Shown piece after piece: positions 45,402 through 55,925 of a DNA stretch of 64,000 bases. Within the stretch, counting starts at the first letter, position 1. Each line of letters starts with the position of its first letter. Both the position numbers and the translations under genes were made by a program. The DNA is from Bacteroidia bacterium (GTDB lineage: Bacteria; Bacteroidota; Bacteroidia; UKL13-3): contig OZ257140.1 of the NCBI GenBank assembly GCA_965279165.1, positions 24,262 to 88,261 of the forward strand. Reading direction: 5' to 3'. The notes under the pieces are model-generated. The model was given only the letters and a program-made list of their open reading frames with translations, ran no database searches and was not told the DNA's origin.

Positions 45402-46898
45402 TCAATTTACTTCATCTACCAACGCAACCACCATCACTTCCTCATTTCTAAAAATCTCTTTTTTGATAAATGGCGTCCATCTTGTATCCTTCATCTCTGC
45501 ATTATCCGTCACATATGCATACTTAGCACCTCGCTCAATAGCATCTTCTATAAAAGTTTTGCCATTCCATTGCAATGCAAACGCATCCCCGGGTTTATCA
45601 AAACAAAATCCTTTCTTATGTAAGAAATAAAAATTAATACATCCCGAAACATCAGGCCCGGTTACAATAAGTTCTTTGTTGCCGATTAAATTTTCTAATG
45701 CGGCTCTTGTTTTCGGTTCGTAAAAACTGGCTTTAATTCCTTCCTGGCCCTTTGCCCATCGTGCAGGGATAATTCTAATGGAAGCAAAAATAGGGGATAG
45801 CAAGAGCAAAAGAATTGCTACCCACTTTAACTTTTCTTTCAAATAAGAAAATCCAAGTGCTGCTACCAAAAACAACAATGGAAAATAAGGAAGCATATAA
45901 TATTGGTGAACGCCCATCTGACCCAATTCAATGAGGTGATAGACAATTAAAGCAATAGTCCATACCAATATTGGTTTAAATAAAACATGTTGCCTTATAT
46001 TCTTTTTAAAGAAAACATATACACCAGCTGTAAAAAGAATAAACGAGGAATAACCAAGCAACAGTTCAGGTAAATCGCTAACCAGGTTTTGCTTTAAAAT
46101 ACCCAAACCTTTTATCAAATCTGTTTCAGGATGAAAAACAATTCCCACATCCTGTAACCCTGATTGATTAATCAAATACCGAGCGTAAATGTACCAGGAA
46201 ACACAAGCTGTAACGCCAATCAATCCGGTAATCAAGGCAATAAATATGGATTTGCCGGAATACTTTTTTTTAAGTATATCTTGTATAAAAACCACAAATA
46301 CCGGAATCCCTGCTGCTAAATATTGTAGCTTGGTTAAACCAGCCAAACTAATCAGCAAAAGCGAAGCAACCAATGCTAGATAAGATTGTTGATTTGTTCG
46401 GAATTTAAAAAAGAAATACATCCCCCAAATACTACAAGCCATTGCCAAAATATCGGGCATGGCATTAATACCATGGTAAAAAAGTTCCGGACTAAAGGCC
46501 AATAAAAAACTTCCTGCAAATGCGGTGGTTTCATTTAATGCTATCGATTGTAACCAGCGATAAAAGCCAATAATGGCCAATAAATACAATGCAAGACTGA
46601 ACCACCGACTAATATTTTCATGTATGCCAAAAATCTTGTACAGCAATGCCAGCAGCCATTCATAGCTTAAAAACTGACTTCCGGTAATTCCTTTGGTATC
46701 CATTCTCCGATCTACTTTTGGCTCCAGAATTTGCATCCCTTCTTCTACAAAATTCCGCGCCATAGATAAGGTTAACGTTTGTCGCCAAACATGGATGCTC
46801 CTTGGAGGTTCTTGCATAAATGGAAGATGCAATAAAGTGGCCAATGCAACCAACCAAAATAGTTTTCTGTTGCCGGCAAAAATCCTGCTTAACTGCAT
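45402..46898 (-). CDS. Polytopic membrane glycosyltransferase (GT39/ArnT-PMT-like, uncertain)
   Basis: 498 aa with about 11 hydrophobic helices. N-terminal loop SIHVWRQTLTLSMARNF resembles ArnT-like enzymes (recollection). C-terminal soluble domain. Confidence 0.5.
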   Translation of the reverse strand: MQLSRIFAGNRKLFWLVALATLLHLPFMQEPPRSIHVWRQTLTLSMARNFVEEGMQILEPKVDRRMDTKGITGSQFLSYEWLLALLYKIFGIHENISRWFSLALYLLAIIGFYRWLQSIALNETTAFAGSFLLAFSPELFYHGINAMPDILAMACSIWGMYFFFKFRTNQQSYLALVASLLLISLAGLTKLQYLAAGIPVFVVFIQDILKKKYSGKSIFIALITGLIGVTACVSWYIYARYLINQSGLQDVGIVFHPETDLIKGLGILKQNLVSDLPELLLGYSSFILFTAGVYVFFKKNIRQHVLFKPILVWTIALIVYHLIELGQMGVHQYYMLPYFPLLFLVAALGFSYLKEKLKWVAILLLLLSPIFASIRIIPARWAKGQEGIKASFYEPKTRAALENLIGNKELIVTGPDVSGCINFYFLHKKGFCFDKPGDAFALQWNGKTFIEDAIERGAKYAYVTDNAEMKDTRWTPFIKKEIFRNEEVMVVALVDEVN

Positions 46899-46907
46899 AG
46901 AGATGAA

Positions 46908-48614
46908 TTAAAAATCATACCGTCTTTCTGCAATATTCCACCGTAAACTGGTATTGATAAAAATGGCTTCACTTCTAAATTGTATATCATCGCTGCTTGT
47001 TTTGCGGTAATAAACTTGAAAGTCGAGAAATACATTGTGCTTTACCATCCAACTTACCATGAGGTCGGTTAATAATAAATCTGTTCGAACTCCTTGTCCG
47101 ATATAGTTTCCGTATTCGCGGTGCGGATTGGTATAACTCTTACGAATATCTTTACCCCAGTTGCTGTTGGCTGTATCGTTACCATAATAGCTATAATTAA
47201 AAGTGGCTTTTAAAAACACCCGATTCATGGGTTGAAAACGAACCACGCCAATCCATTCCCTGAAATTAGCACCATAAGGATGAGCCATATTCTGGTTGTA
47301 ATTTGCCCAGGCATTTTTCGAGTCGAAAGAGGTATACATATACGGACGACACACATTGTATTCAGCTTGCAAATCTAAATTTTGAACGCCAAAGGCATCA
47401 ATATACTTCAAACCTGCCTGCACCGCCATTTTGTTACCCCACCATCCATTTGCAGCTAGAACTTCATCCATCACAAATTCCGAAATCACAAATTGTCCAT
47501 AGGCCGAAAAATGCTGTAAAAAATTGTATTTCATATCCAGTCCAAGAATCGCTTTATCCGGACTGTTCAATCCATTTTCAATAGGCTTATATAATATAAT
47601 TGGATTTAAATATTCAACATCCATACCACCATTTGCATAACCACTGTCGCGCTGGTAAGATATGGTTTGAAAGATTCCGAGGTTGAAGTTCTTGGTGAAG
47701 TTCATCGACAAATGCGTGGTGGCATAATAATGTCGTTTCGGTTGATTTCTTTGATTAGGGTTTGTATAATCATACATCATTCCCCAGATATTGGTGTAGT
47801 TAATTTTCCATATATGGGTATTGATCCTCGTAAAAAAATGATTCCTCGAAAAATCAGATAAATAAAAGGATCGATATCCATTCCCTAAAAAGTTACTGCC
47901 ATGTCCGAATTGAATATCGATATACTTGCTTACATCAAAAGTGATATAACCACTCGCCAACCAATAGTTGAATGTGCGTAGGTCATCTGTTTTCATAAAA
48001 CCAACGCCGGGTATTACGGAGTCTTTATGGTAATAATCCATCACCCAGCTGTGGGGTGTGTTAATTTCATCGCTAAACTGCGTGTAAAAACCAACCACTC
48101 CTTTTATCGATCCCCGAATTTCAAGACCGCGGTTATTAAGTAAAATAGTTTCTTTTAACCTGTTATCGTATCCTGCCGATAAATAGGTAATCGGATTAAT
48201 TACCAAGTTAAAATCCGGATTTTGGAATTCGTATGCTGCTGCTTTGTGGCGAAAAAACGGACCCAATGGCTTTTTGCTTTTGGTGTTTTCTGAATTGCTC
48301 CACTCAAAATTGTCGTTTTGCAGATAATCTAGGTTAAAATAATCCTGCTTGCTTAGTTTTACTCCCGAAACATTGAAACTGTCTACATACGATGCAATAG
48401 ATTGTCGACGGTAAGCTTTGGTTAAGGTGTTAAAAACAATGGCCTCTGTTAACTTACCCGATTTTATCTCAAAGCGGTCCATCATGTGCATACTTTGTGA
48501 ACCCAATGGTAAATAGGCACTTTGCCCTTGTAAGGAAGGTACAAACCATATAAATAATCCGGCCAGTAGTAAACAGAAATATCGCATCAAGCAAAAATGC
48601 AGCAATAATCCCAA
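46908..48614 (-). CDS. Outer-membrane beta-barrel protein (possibly Wzi-like capsule-assembly family)
   Basis: 568 aa with signal peptide. Aromatic-rich alternating strands and C-terminal ...RRYDF. The family call is tentative. Confidence 0.4.
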   Translation of the reverse strand: MGLLLHFCLMRYFCLLLAGLFIWFVPSLQGQSAYLPLGSQSMHMMDRFEIKSGKLTEAIVFNTLTKAYRRQSIASYVDSFNVSGVKLSKQDYFNLDYLQNDNFEWSNSENTKSKKPLGPFFRHKAAAYEFQNPDFNLVINPITYLSAGYDNRLKETILLNNRGLEIRGSIKGVVGFYTQFSDEINTPHSWVMDYYHKDSVIPGVGFMKTDDLRTFNYWLASGYITFDVSKYIDIQFGHGSNFLGNGYRSFYLSDFSRNHFFTRINTHIWKINYTNIWGMMYDYTNPNQRNQPKRHYYATTHLSMNFTKNFNLGIFQTISYQRDSGYANGGMDVEYLNPIILYKPIENGLNSPDKAILGLDMKYNFLQHFSAYGQFVISEFVMDEVLAANGWWGNKMAVQAGLKYIDAFGVQNLDLQAEYNVCRPYMYTSFDSKNAWANYNQNMAHPYGANFREWIGVVRFQPMNRVFLKATFNYSYYGNDTANSNWGKDIRKSYTNPHREYGNYIGQGVRTDLLLTDLMVSWMVKHNVFLDFQVYYRKTSSDDIQFRSEAIFINTSLRWNIAERRYDF

Positions 48615-48664
48615 ATTTTTATCGCCAATTTTTTACTTTATAAAATTAAAATTGCTGATAAACA

Positions 48665-48716
48665 ATGATTTAGATTAATCACATTGCTAAATCATGTACT
48701 ATGTATTGCATAGTAC
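48665..48716. promoter_or_regulatory. Two adjacent inverted repeats upstream of padR (candidate operators)
   Basis: atgatttag-N13-ctaaatcat (48665-48695) and gtactatg-tattg-catagtac (48696-48716). They end 45 nt before the padR ATG. Confidence 0.5.
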
Positions 48717-48760
48717 TAAAAGTTCTAATACCTTTGTTCTGTCATTAAGAATAAAAGCAC

Positions 48761-49090
48761 ATGAATCTGGAAAACGCAAGGCAACAAATGAAAAAAGGGG
48801 TTCTCGAGTATTGTGCTCTATCTATTATTTCGAGAGGAGAAGTTTATGCCTCCGATATTTTGGAAGAGATGAAAACTGCAAATTTAATTGTGGTAGAAGG
48901 AACCTTATATCCCATGTTAACCCGTTTAAAAAATGAAGGTTTGTTAACGTATAAATGGGTTGAATCCAAATCAGGCCCTCCACGCAAATATTTTCAATTA
49001 ACCGAACAAGGAACCTCTTTTATGCACGAATTAAAATCTACCTGGAACGAATTGGTAGAAGGTGTTCAAACAATTACAAACAACAAATAA
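48761..49090 (+). CDS. PadR-family transcriptional regulator
   Basis: 109 aa. GVLEYCALSIIS..YASDILEEM...EGTLYPMLTRLKNEGLL winged-helix pattern. Confidence 0.87.
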   Translation: MNLENARQQMKKGVLEYCALSIISRGEVYASDILEEMKTANLIVVEGTLYPMLTRLKNEGLLTYKWVESKSGPPRKYFQLTEQGTSFMHELKSTWNELVEGVQTITNNK

Positions 49091-49100
49091 TCTAACCCAT

Positions 49101-50966
49101 ATGAATAAAGTAGTAAACATCAACCTCAATGGTTTCATTTTTACCATTGATGAACAAGCTTACGAGTTACTAAAGAATTACTTGGAAAGTTTAAACAAGC
49201 ATTTTAAAGACAATGAAGGAGCACCCGAAATTGTTTCTGATATCGAAACCCGAATCGCCGAATTACTACAGCAAGGATTATCCAATGCAACGCAAGTAGT
49301 TCAAATATTGGATGTACAACGCGTAATTAAATTAATGGGCGAACCATGGCAAATAGAAGGAGAAGAAACCAAATCGGAACAACAACAATATACCGAAACG
49401 TCGAATGCTGCAAGCCACACTACTTACAAATTGCGTCGCGACCCTGCCAATAAGGTAATTGGTGGTGTATGTGGTGGAATTGCTAATTACCTGAATATCG
49501 ACCCGATTATTTTTCGGATGATTTTCGCTGTTTCATTTTTCATTTTTGGAAGTGGATTCCTGTTGTATTTGATACTTTGGATTGCAATTCCTAAAGCAAA
49601 ACCAGGAGAATTAAATGCGACTTCATTAAAAAACAGAAGAATGTTCCGTGATCCGGATGATAAAAAAATAGGAGGGATTTGCGGTGGACTTGGTAACTAT
49701 TTCGGAATCGATCCGGTTTGGTTTCGTATCGGATTTCTGGTGTCGTTTTTTGTTTATGGTTCCGGATTCTTGTTATACCTGGTATTATGGATTGCAATTC
49801 CTAAAGCCAGAACTGCAGCCGAAAAATTACAAATGAAGGGCGAACCGGTTGATATCAACAACATCGAAAGGGTGGTAAAGGATTCATTCCCAAAAGCCGG
49901 CGATAATATCAATCGCGCCGGCAATTTAATTACCGACTTGCTTAAAAATATTTTCGGATTAGTTGGAAGATTTATCGGTTTTATTTTTGTTTCAATCGGT
50001 ATTTTCTGTTTGATACTTTTATTCATGATTTTGTTTAATCATGAGGATATTGGTCACTTAACAACCCTCTCCAAACTGGCTCTTAATTCCTCTATCTATT
50101 GGTATGCAAAACTTGGAATATCCTTAATACTTGTTTCGTTTTGTGTAATGATTCTAATTTCCGGATTAAAATTACTATTCAATATCAACTTCAAATCCCG
50201 CATATTATACCTCATATTTGGTGTATTGTTTTTGGTTGGATGTGTGTTTCAAGGCATAGCCGTTTCCAAAACAGTTTATCGTTTTCATGCCGATGCATCT
50301 AAATCAGAAAGGAGAACTTTCGATAGTTGTCCGGATACCCTTTACCTGCATGCTTTTCCCGGTGATACTTCCTTGGTCACAAAAAAGTGGTCGATGGACA
50401 CCGACAAAGGCTCTTGTAATATAGCTTTTCATGAAGACAAAGCAGTTGTATCTGTTAGCTTTCAAGAGTTAAATATAGTGGCATCCAAGGATGGAAAAAT
50501 GCATATTGATGTTTACAAATCAGCAAGAGGCGCATCCAAAGTTGAAGCAGTTAAACACGCAAACGACCTGATTTATTTGTTTGAAGTGAAGGATAACCAA
50601 ATTTGGTTGAGTAATAGTTTAACCATTGATGAATCAAACCCGTTTTATTTTCAGAATGCCAATATTAAATTGAAACTTCCGGCTGGAACCATAATAATTG
50701 CAGACGAACAAATTTCTGAAATGATCGACAACAGCGAAGCCTACGACGATGAAAGCAATTGTTCCATCTATAAAGTAACACGTGATGGCCTCGAATGCCT
50801 TAGCTCTTCAGAAAATGAAGATGATTCGGAAGGCGATAACGAAGATGAAATTCATGTTAAAATAGAAACCACCGAAGATGGTGTAAAGGATAGCTCAGAA
50901 GTTATTATCAAAAAAGAAGACAAGGAAATAAAAATTATCAAACGCAAGAAAGGGAGTAGGGAATAG
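49101..50966 (+). CDS. PspC-domain membrane protein (two PspC domains, acidic C-terminus)
   Basis: LRRDPANKVIGGVCGGIANYLNIDPIIFRMIFAV and MFRDPDDKKIGGICGGLGNYFGIDPVWFRIGFLV. Start placed at ATG 49101. Confidence 0.78.
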   Translation: MNKVVNINLNGFIFTIDEQAYELLKNYLESLNKHFKDNEGAPEIVSDIETRIAELLQQGLSNATQVVQILDVQRVIKLMGEPWQIEGEETKSEQQQYTETSNAASHTTYKLRRDPANKVIGGVCGGIANYLNIDPIIFRMIFAVSFFIFGSGFLLYLILWIAIPKAKPGELNATSLKNRRMFRDPDDKKIGGICGGLGNYFGIDPVWFRIGFLVSFFVYGSGFLLYLVLWIAIPKARTAAEKLQMKGEPVDINNIERVVKDSFPKAGDNINRAGNLITDLLKNIFGLVGRFIGFIFVSIGIFCLILLFMILFNHEDIGHLTTLSKLALNSSIYWYAKLGISLILVSFCVMILISGLKLLFNINFKSRILYLIFGVLFLVGCVFQGIAVSKTVYRFHADASKSERRTFDSCPDTLYLHAFPGDTSLVTKKWSMDTDKGSCNIAFHEDKAVVSVSFQELNIVASKDGKMHIDVYKSARGASKVEAVKHANDLIYLFEVKDNQIWLSNSLTIDESNPFYFQNANIKLKLPAGTIIIADEQISEMIDNSEAYDDESNCSIYKVTRDGLECLSSSENEDDSEGDNEDEIHVKIETTEDGVKDSSEVIIKKEDKEIKIIKRKKGSRE

Positions 50967-51174
50967 TAATTAGGGGTTAGGGAACACTGAGTACTTAACA
51001 CTAATTAAGGCAAGAAGCTGAAAGCATAATTTTTGTACTTAAAGTTTGATTTGAGAGGGACTTAAACACATAAACACTCACTACTAAGTACTAGACTGGC
51101 AGAAAGTATAACCTTTGCACTTAAAAGCTTGAATCTAGAAGGACTAAAACACCAAAACACTAAGTACTAAAACA
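50967..51174. repeat. Word-repeat intergenic tract (inverted relative of 4083-4300)
   Basis: attaggggttagggaac ... cttaaacacataaacactcactactaagtac ... ctaaaacaccaaaacactaagtactaaaacac. Lies between convergent genes. Confidence 0.75.
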
Positions 51175-51591
51175 CTAGATAAAAACAATCTTATGCTCAA
51201 TCGTACAAGCTTTCCGCAACATAATAGTTACCCCACAATATTTCTCTTGCGATAGGTCAACTGCTTTAAGCATTTTTTCTCTATCCTCATCGGCAACCTT
51301 AATGGTATAAGTAATCAGTATATGGGTATAAACTTTAGGAACTTCTTCGGATAATGTACCAACTACATCTATGGTGAAATCAGAATAAGGAACACGCATT
51401 TTATCCAAAATAGAAATTACATCAATACCGGTACAACCCGAAATTGCGGTTAACAAAAATGGTTTTGGCATTGGTCCTGAACCTTGTCCGCCACCTTTAA
51501 CACTATTGTCCATTCTAACTATGTGCTCACCGATATGTGCATCAAATGCCATTCCTCCGGCCCAAACAGATTTTACTTCATGTGTCGACAT
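51175..51591 (-). CDS. OsmC-family peroxiredoxin-like protein
   Basis: GGGQGSGPMPKPFLLTAISGCTGIDV..SQEKYCGV, the two-Cys OsmC pattern. Start placed at ATG 51591. Confidence 0.8.
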   Translation of the reverse strand: MSTHEVKSVWAGGMAFDAHIGEHIVRMDNSVKGGGQGSGPMPKPFLLTAISGCTGIDVISILDKMRVPYSDFTIDVVGTLSEEVPKVYTHILITYTIKVADEDREKMLKAVDLSQEKYCGVTIMLRKACTIEHKIVFI

Positions 51592-51699
51592 AATATTCTT
51601 TTTTTTATGGAACAAAAGTAATCATCCGATGCGTTTTCAATTGTGACTAATGATACAAAAGACTCATAATTCAGATGAGTTTTGTCATCCTAAATGGAA

Positions 51700-51729
51700 A
51701 AGGGCATCCCAATTGCTCGGAATGCCCTT
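51700..51729 (-). terminator. Hairpin downstream of rnpB
   Basis: On the minus strand: aagggcat-tccgagcaattggg-atgccctt followed by a T-rich stretch. Confidence 0.5.
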
Positions 51730-51734
51730 TGTCT

Positions 51735-52142
51735 TTTGTAAAACTATAAGCCGGGTTCTGTGATTATCCGGTGTTGCAAGCAACGTTGGATAACTTCTGT
51801 CATTTATCTGGCCTCGAAATCACTTTCGAGATCTTGCAGTCTACCCATTACACGATATTACAGCGAGTAACTGTATCCGTCCGTCAGCTGACAGACGGAG
51901 TGTAACCTATTTGACCTTGCAATCCGTGAGGTTTGCCATGCCTCTGTTATCACTAACAGACCGGTGGTCTCTTACACCGCCTTTTCACTATCACCCCAAC
52001 GAATCGAGGCTACATATTTTCTGCGGCACTTTCTGTTAACCTGCCATTATAGCAAATTACCTACCCGTTAGGTAGCACGGTACTCTGTATTGCCCGGACT
52101 TTCCTCTTCCAACAAGTTAGAAGCGACAGAACATTTTACAGG
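51735..52142 (-). ncRNA. rnpB: RNase P RNA (bacterial type A)
   Basis: On the minus strand: GAGGAAAGTCCGGGCA (P4 5' strand), GGGGTGATAGTGAAAAGGCGGTGTAAGAGACCACC (P10-12 region), ACAGAACCCGGCTTATAG (P4 3' strand). P1 pairing TGTAAAA/TTTTACA gives the approximate ends. Confidence 0.9.
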
Positions 52143-52155
52143 GCAAAGATACAAT

Positions 52156-54240
52156 TTAAATTGAATTGTGTTTGTGTTTCAAGTAATCGTAGGTTTCGTA
52201 TTGGGCACGATGTTTAACCGCATCAGTTGTAGGAATATATTTGTTGTTAAACTCATTGTCGATGAGTCTTGCCTTTGTATTATCCCGCAATTGTATATCT
52301 ATTAAATCCCGAATTTCTTTCTTTAAATCTTCTTGATAAACCGGAAAGGCACATTCAATTCTTCTGAATAAATTCCGTTCCATCCAGTCGGCCGACGACA
52401 TATAAATTTTTTCATTTCCGTCATTTGCAAATATAAAAATGCGGGCATGTTCTAAATAACGGTCAATAATACTGATGATACGAATATTTTCACTTAAACC
52501 GGTAATGCCCGGTACTATTGCGCATATTCCACGTATGATGAGATCAATTTTCACTCCGGCTCGGCTTGCATCATATAGTTTCTTAACAATATTAGCTTCC
52601 ATCAAACTGTTCATCTTGGCTATAATATAGGCCTTTTTACCGGCCTTTGCATGGATAATTTCCTGGTCAATTAAGGCTATAAATTGTTTCATCATATCAT
52701 CCGGTGCAACTATCAGGTGGTTAAATTTTTGTTTCCGCGGACTTTGAAACAACATATCAAATAGCTTATCGGCATCTTCGGCTATACGCTCGTCAACCGT
52801 AAACAATCCGTAGTCGGAATATAATTTTGCAGTAACACCATTATAATTGCCCGTCGACAAATGAATATATTTTTTAGGCTTGCCATCTTCCGTTCGGTTA
52901 ATCATACATATTTTGCAATGTACCTTTTGCCCGGGCTTGCCAAAATGAACCCTGGCTCCGGCTTCCTGCAATTGATTGGTCCAGTAAATATTCGATTCTT
53001 CATCAAATCGGGCTTGCAACTCCATTAAAACAGTAACTCGTTTCCCGTTGCGGATGGCATTAATTAAAGCATTCACAACATTTGAGTATCGCGCAACACG
53101 ATACAATGTAATTTTAATCGACTGTACATTCGGATCAATCGCTGCTTCACGCAACATCCGAATCAAATAGTCAAAACTTTGATATGGATGGTGTAGTAAA
53201 ATATCCCTTTTCGCAACGATTTCAAACATGGTCTTTGCTTCATCTAATTCAAGAACAGTAACAGTAGGCAACGATTCGTAGTAATCCGAACTGTTTCCTA
53301 CTTTAGGGAAATCCATAAAATCCTTGAAGTTGTGGTAACGACCTCCGGGAATTAAATTAACATTCCGCAATTGTAACTTATCAATCATTAAATCAAGCAT
53401 ACTTTTAGGCATGCTGCTATCGTATATAAATCTGGTTGGACTCCCTTTGGATCTTTGTTTGATGCTTTTTTGGATTTTATCCAAGAAATTACTTTTTATT
53501 TCGCTGGTATCTTCGTTGTCAAGGGTAAACTCAGCATCACGGGTAATCTTTATCGTGTATGCATCAAAGGTGTCGTAATCAAAGATTGCGAATACCTTAT
53601 TCAATGAATGACGGATGATATCATCCATATACATGATATAGGTTTTATTATCCGTTTTTGGCAATAGATAAAAGCGGGAGAGGGGTTGCCTTGGAATTTC
53701 GAGCAAAGCATATTTAGGTGCAATATTGTTTTTGCTGTTACTCATCCTTACGGCAAGGTATATCGAGGTATCTTTGAGTTGTGGCGCCTGCTTTAGACCT
53801 TCAATCATTACAGGAAATACATAAGGAAGAATGTCTTTGATGAATAAATTAGAGGCTATTTCTCTTTGTTTTTCATCCAGTTCTTGTTCATTGCAAATGA
53901 AGATGTTTCTGGAAGCTAATTCGCTGATAATATTATGGTAAACTTTATTAAATCGTTCTTGTTGTATTACGGAAATACGTTGGATTTCGCCCAATACCAC
54001 ATCCGGATGAAACTGATATTCGTTCATGTCCTTCGGTTTACTCAGCTTTTGTAACCTCCGAATGGAGGCAACCCTAACACGAAAAAACTCATCGTTGTTG
54101 GAGGAAAAAATAGCCAGAAATTTCAATCGCTCTAACAAGGGTACTTCCGTATTCTCAGCTTCCTGCAGCACACGCTCATTAAATAGCATCCAGCTGATTT
54201 CTCTATCCTTAAACAAATACCCTTTACTTTCTTTTATCAT
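52156..54240 (-). CDS. ppk: Polyphosphate kinase 1
   Basis: 694 aa. N-terminus FKDREISWMLFNERVLQEA, two PLD-like HKD-type regions, typical PPK1 length. Confidence 0.9.
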   Translation of the reverse strand: MIKESKGYLFKDREISWMLFNERVLQEAENTEVPLLERLKFLAIFSSNNDEFFRVRVASIRRLQKLSKPKDMNEYQFHPDVVLGEIQRISVIQQERFNKVYHNIISELASRNIFICNEQELDEKQREIASNLFIKDILPYVFPVMIEGLKQAPQLKDTSIYLAVRMSNSKNNIAPKYALLEIPRQPLSRFYLLPKTDNKTYIMYMDDIIRHSLNKVFAIFDYDTFDAYTIKITRDAEFTLDNEDTSEIKSNFLDKIQKSIKQRSKGSPTRFIYDSSMPKSMLDLMIDKLQLRNVNLIPGGRYHNFKDFMDFPKVGNSSDYYESLPTVTVLELDEAKTMFEIVAKRDILLHHPYQSFDYLIRMLREAAIDPNVQSIKITLYRVARYSNVVNALINAIRNGKRVTVLMELQARFDEESNIYWTNQLQEAGARVHFGKPGQKVHCKICMINRTEDGKPKKYIHLSTGNYNGVTAKLYSDYGLFTVDERIAEDADKLFDMLFQSPRKQKFNHLIVAPDDMMKQFIALIDQEIIHAKAGKKAYIIAKMNSLMEANIVKKLYDASRAGVKIDLIIRGICAIVPGITGLSENIRIISIIDRYLEHARIFIFANDGNEKIYMSSADWMERNLFRRIECAFPVYQEDLKKEIRDLIDIQLRDNTKARLIDNEFNNKYIPTTDAVKHRAQYETYDYLKHKHNSI

Positions 54241-54427
54241 CGCGATTTCGATGCAAATTTAATCGAATTCTTCTTTTTTGAATACCTCCAAACATACAAT
54301 TAAACAGGTTTCTTCTGTATTTATACCCTCGAAACCGAAAAATTAATATTAAGATAACATGTAAAAATCATGTGGAAAGATGCCATAACTTCGTTTAAGT
54401 TTGCAAAAACTAAAAAGACCCGTAAAT

Positions 54428-55810
54428 ATGAAGAAGTTACTTGTTTTGTTATTGGTATTTGGAATACTCGATTCCTTTGCCCAGAAAAGCAATATTGAAA
54501 GCGCAGTAATCTACCTGAGAAATTCGGAAATAGAAGATGCCAAAAAAGCCATCGATGAAGCTGCTGTGAATGCCGATACCAAAGACGATCCAAAAATGTG
54601 GTCGGTTCGCGCCGCAGTATATGATTCAATATACCGCAACCCGGAACTTAAAGGCTTGGATAACAATACGGAGGAGAAATTTGTAACCGCATGTATCAAA
54701 TGCATGGAAACCGATGTAAAGAAAAGATACGAAGATTATTGTGGATTTGCAGTTATAAACGGGGCATTCGCTGCTTATAACAAAGCAATCGAATATTACC
54801 AGAACGACGATGCCGCTAATGCACTTAAATACTTTCAATATGTAATTGATGTTTTTCCTTACGATAAAAATGGCGACCTGAAAAAGAATAATATCAACGA
54901 AAAGACCATTACCTTAAATATGGCTAGTCTGGCCCTAAAAACCAAAAACAATACGGATGCCAAAAAGCATTTGCAAAAACTTATCGACCTGGATTATAAC
55001 GACCCGATTATTTATCTCCTAATGGCAAATGTGTATTATACCGAAGGCGATACAACCAATGGTTTGAGTTATACTGAAAAGGGCAGATTACGTTTTCCTT
55101 CCGACAAGGATTTAATTAACCAGGAGCTAAACATTTATTTGGCACAAGGCAAACAAAATATTCTGATGGATAAGCTGAACGAAGCATTGGCGCAAGATGA
55201 AGAGAATGCGACATTGTTGTTTGTAAGAGGAAATGTATATGATAACTATTCGGTTACTGCACAAAAAGAGTATAAGCATGCACGCGACACGGTAGCCAAA
55301 TTAAATAGCAAAATGAAAGTTGAAAAGGTGGCTGTCAATAAAATCAAACTGGATGCCTCTATAAAAAAATACAACAAAAATGCTGACTCTTTAAGTAAAG
55401 TACAAAAGCAATTTAGTGCATTGGCTGAAAAGGATTATTTGAAAGTAGTTGAAATTAATCCGGAATACCTAGATGGATATTACAACCTTGGTGCGTTAAA
55501 CAACAATAAAACAACCGAAATCGTTGAAAAAATGAATGCGGTTACATCAACCAACCAAGCCGAGTACGATAAGAAGTGGGGCGCATTAAAAAAAGTACAG
55601 GATTCAATTCTTAATGTTTCTGTTGGTTATTTTATGAAAGCATTGGAACTTGCCGAAAACTTGCCATCAGATGATGCCGAAAAGAAGAAATATAAAAACG
55701 CTACCTTAATTAGTTTGTACTATAGTTTACAACAAGTATATGCCAATTTAGGTAACGAGAAGAAGACCGTTGAAATGATGAAGAAACGGAAAGAACTCGA
55801 AAACGAATAA
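54428..55810 (+). CDS. TPR-repeat protein, secreted
   Basis: Start placed at ATG 54428 (MKKLLVLLLVFGILDSFAQ). Repeated A..Y...I......A...L helical pairs. Confidence 0.6.
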   Translation: MKKLLVLLLVFGILDSFAQKSNIESAVIYLRNSEIEDAKKAIDEAAVNADTKDDPKMWSVRAAVYDSIYRNPELKGLDNNTEEKFVTACIKCMETDVKKRYEDYCGFAVINGAFAAYNKAIEYYQNDDAANALKYFQYVIDVFPYDKNGDLKKNNINEKTITLNMASLALKTKNNTDAKKHLQKLIDLDYNDPIIYLLMANVYYTEGDTTNGLSYTEKGRLRFPSDKDLINQELNIYLAQGKQNILMDKLNEALAQDEENATLLFVRGNVYDNYSVTAQKEYKHARDTVAKLNSKMKVEKVAVNKIKLDASIKKYNKNADSLSKVQKQFSALAEKDYLKVVEINPEYLDGYYNLGALNNNKTTEIVEKMNAVTSTNQAEYDKKWGALKKVQDSILNVSVGYFMKALELAENLPSDDAEKKKYKNATLISLYYSLQQVYANLGNEKKTVEMMKKRKELENE

Positions 55811-55925
55811 CCTATAAAGGAGGATACTATAACATGTATTCTCCTTTTTCTTGCTATAGTCTATTTAACATAATGTAAATTATGAGAATAAACAACATCT
55901 TGTAAATGCCTATCAAGCTTGGATT

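Noticed and set aside
51616-52155. tmRNA or riboswitch in the 540-bp ORF-free gap, given that smpB is in the window
   Set aside because: The conserved blocks GAGGAAAGTCCGGGC, GGTGTAAGAGACCACC and ACAGAACCCGGCTTA identify it as RNase P RNA. No tRNA-Ala-like acceptor or tag-peptide reading frame typical of tmRNA is present.
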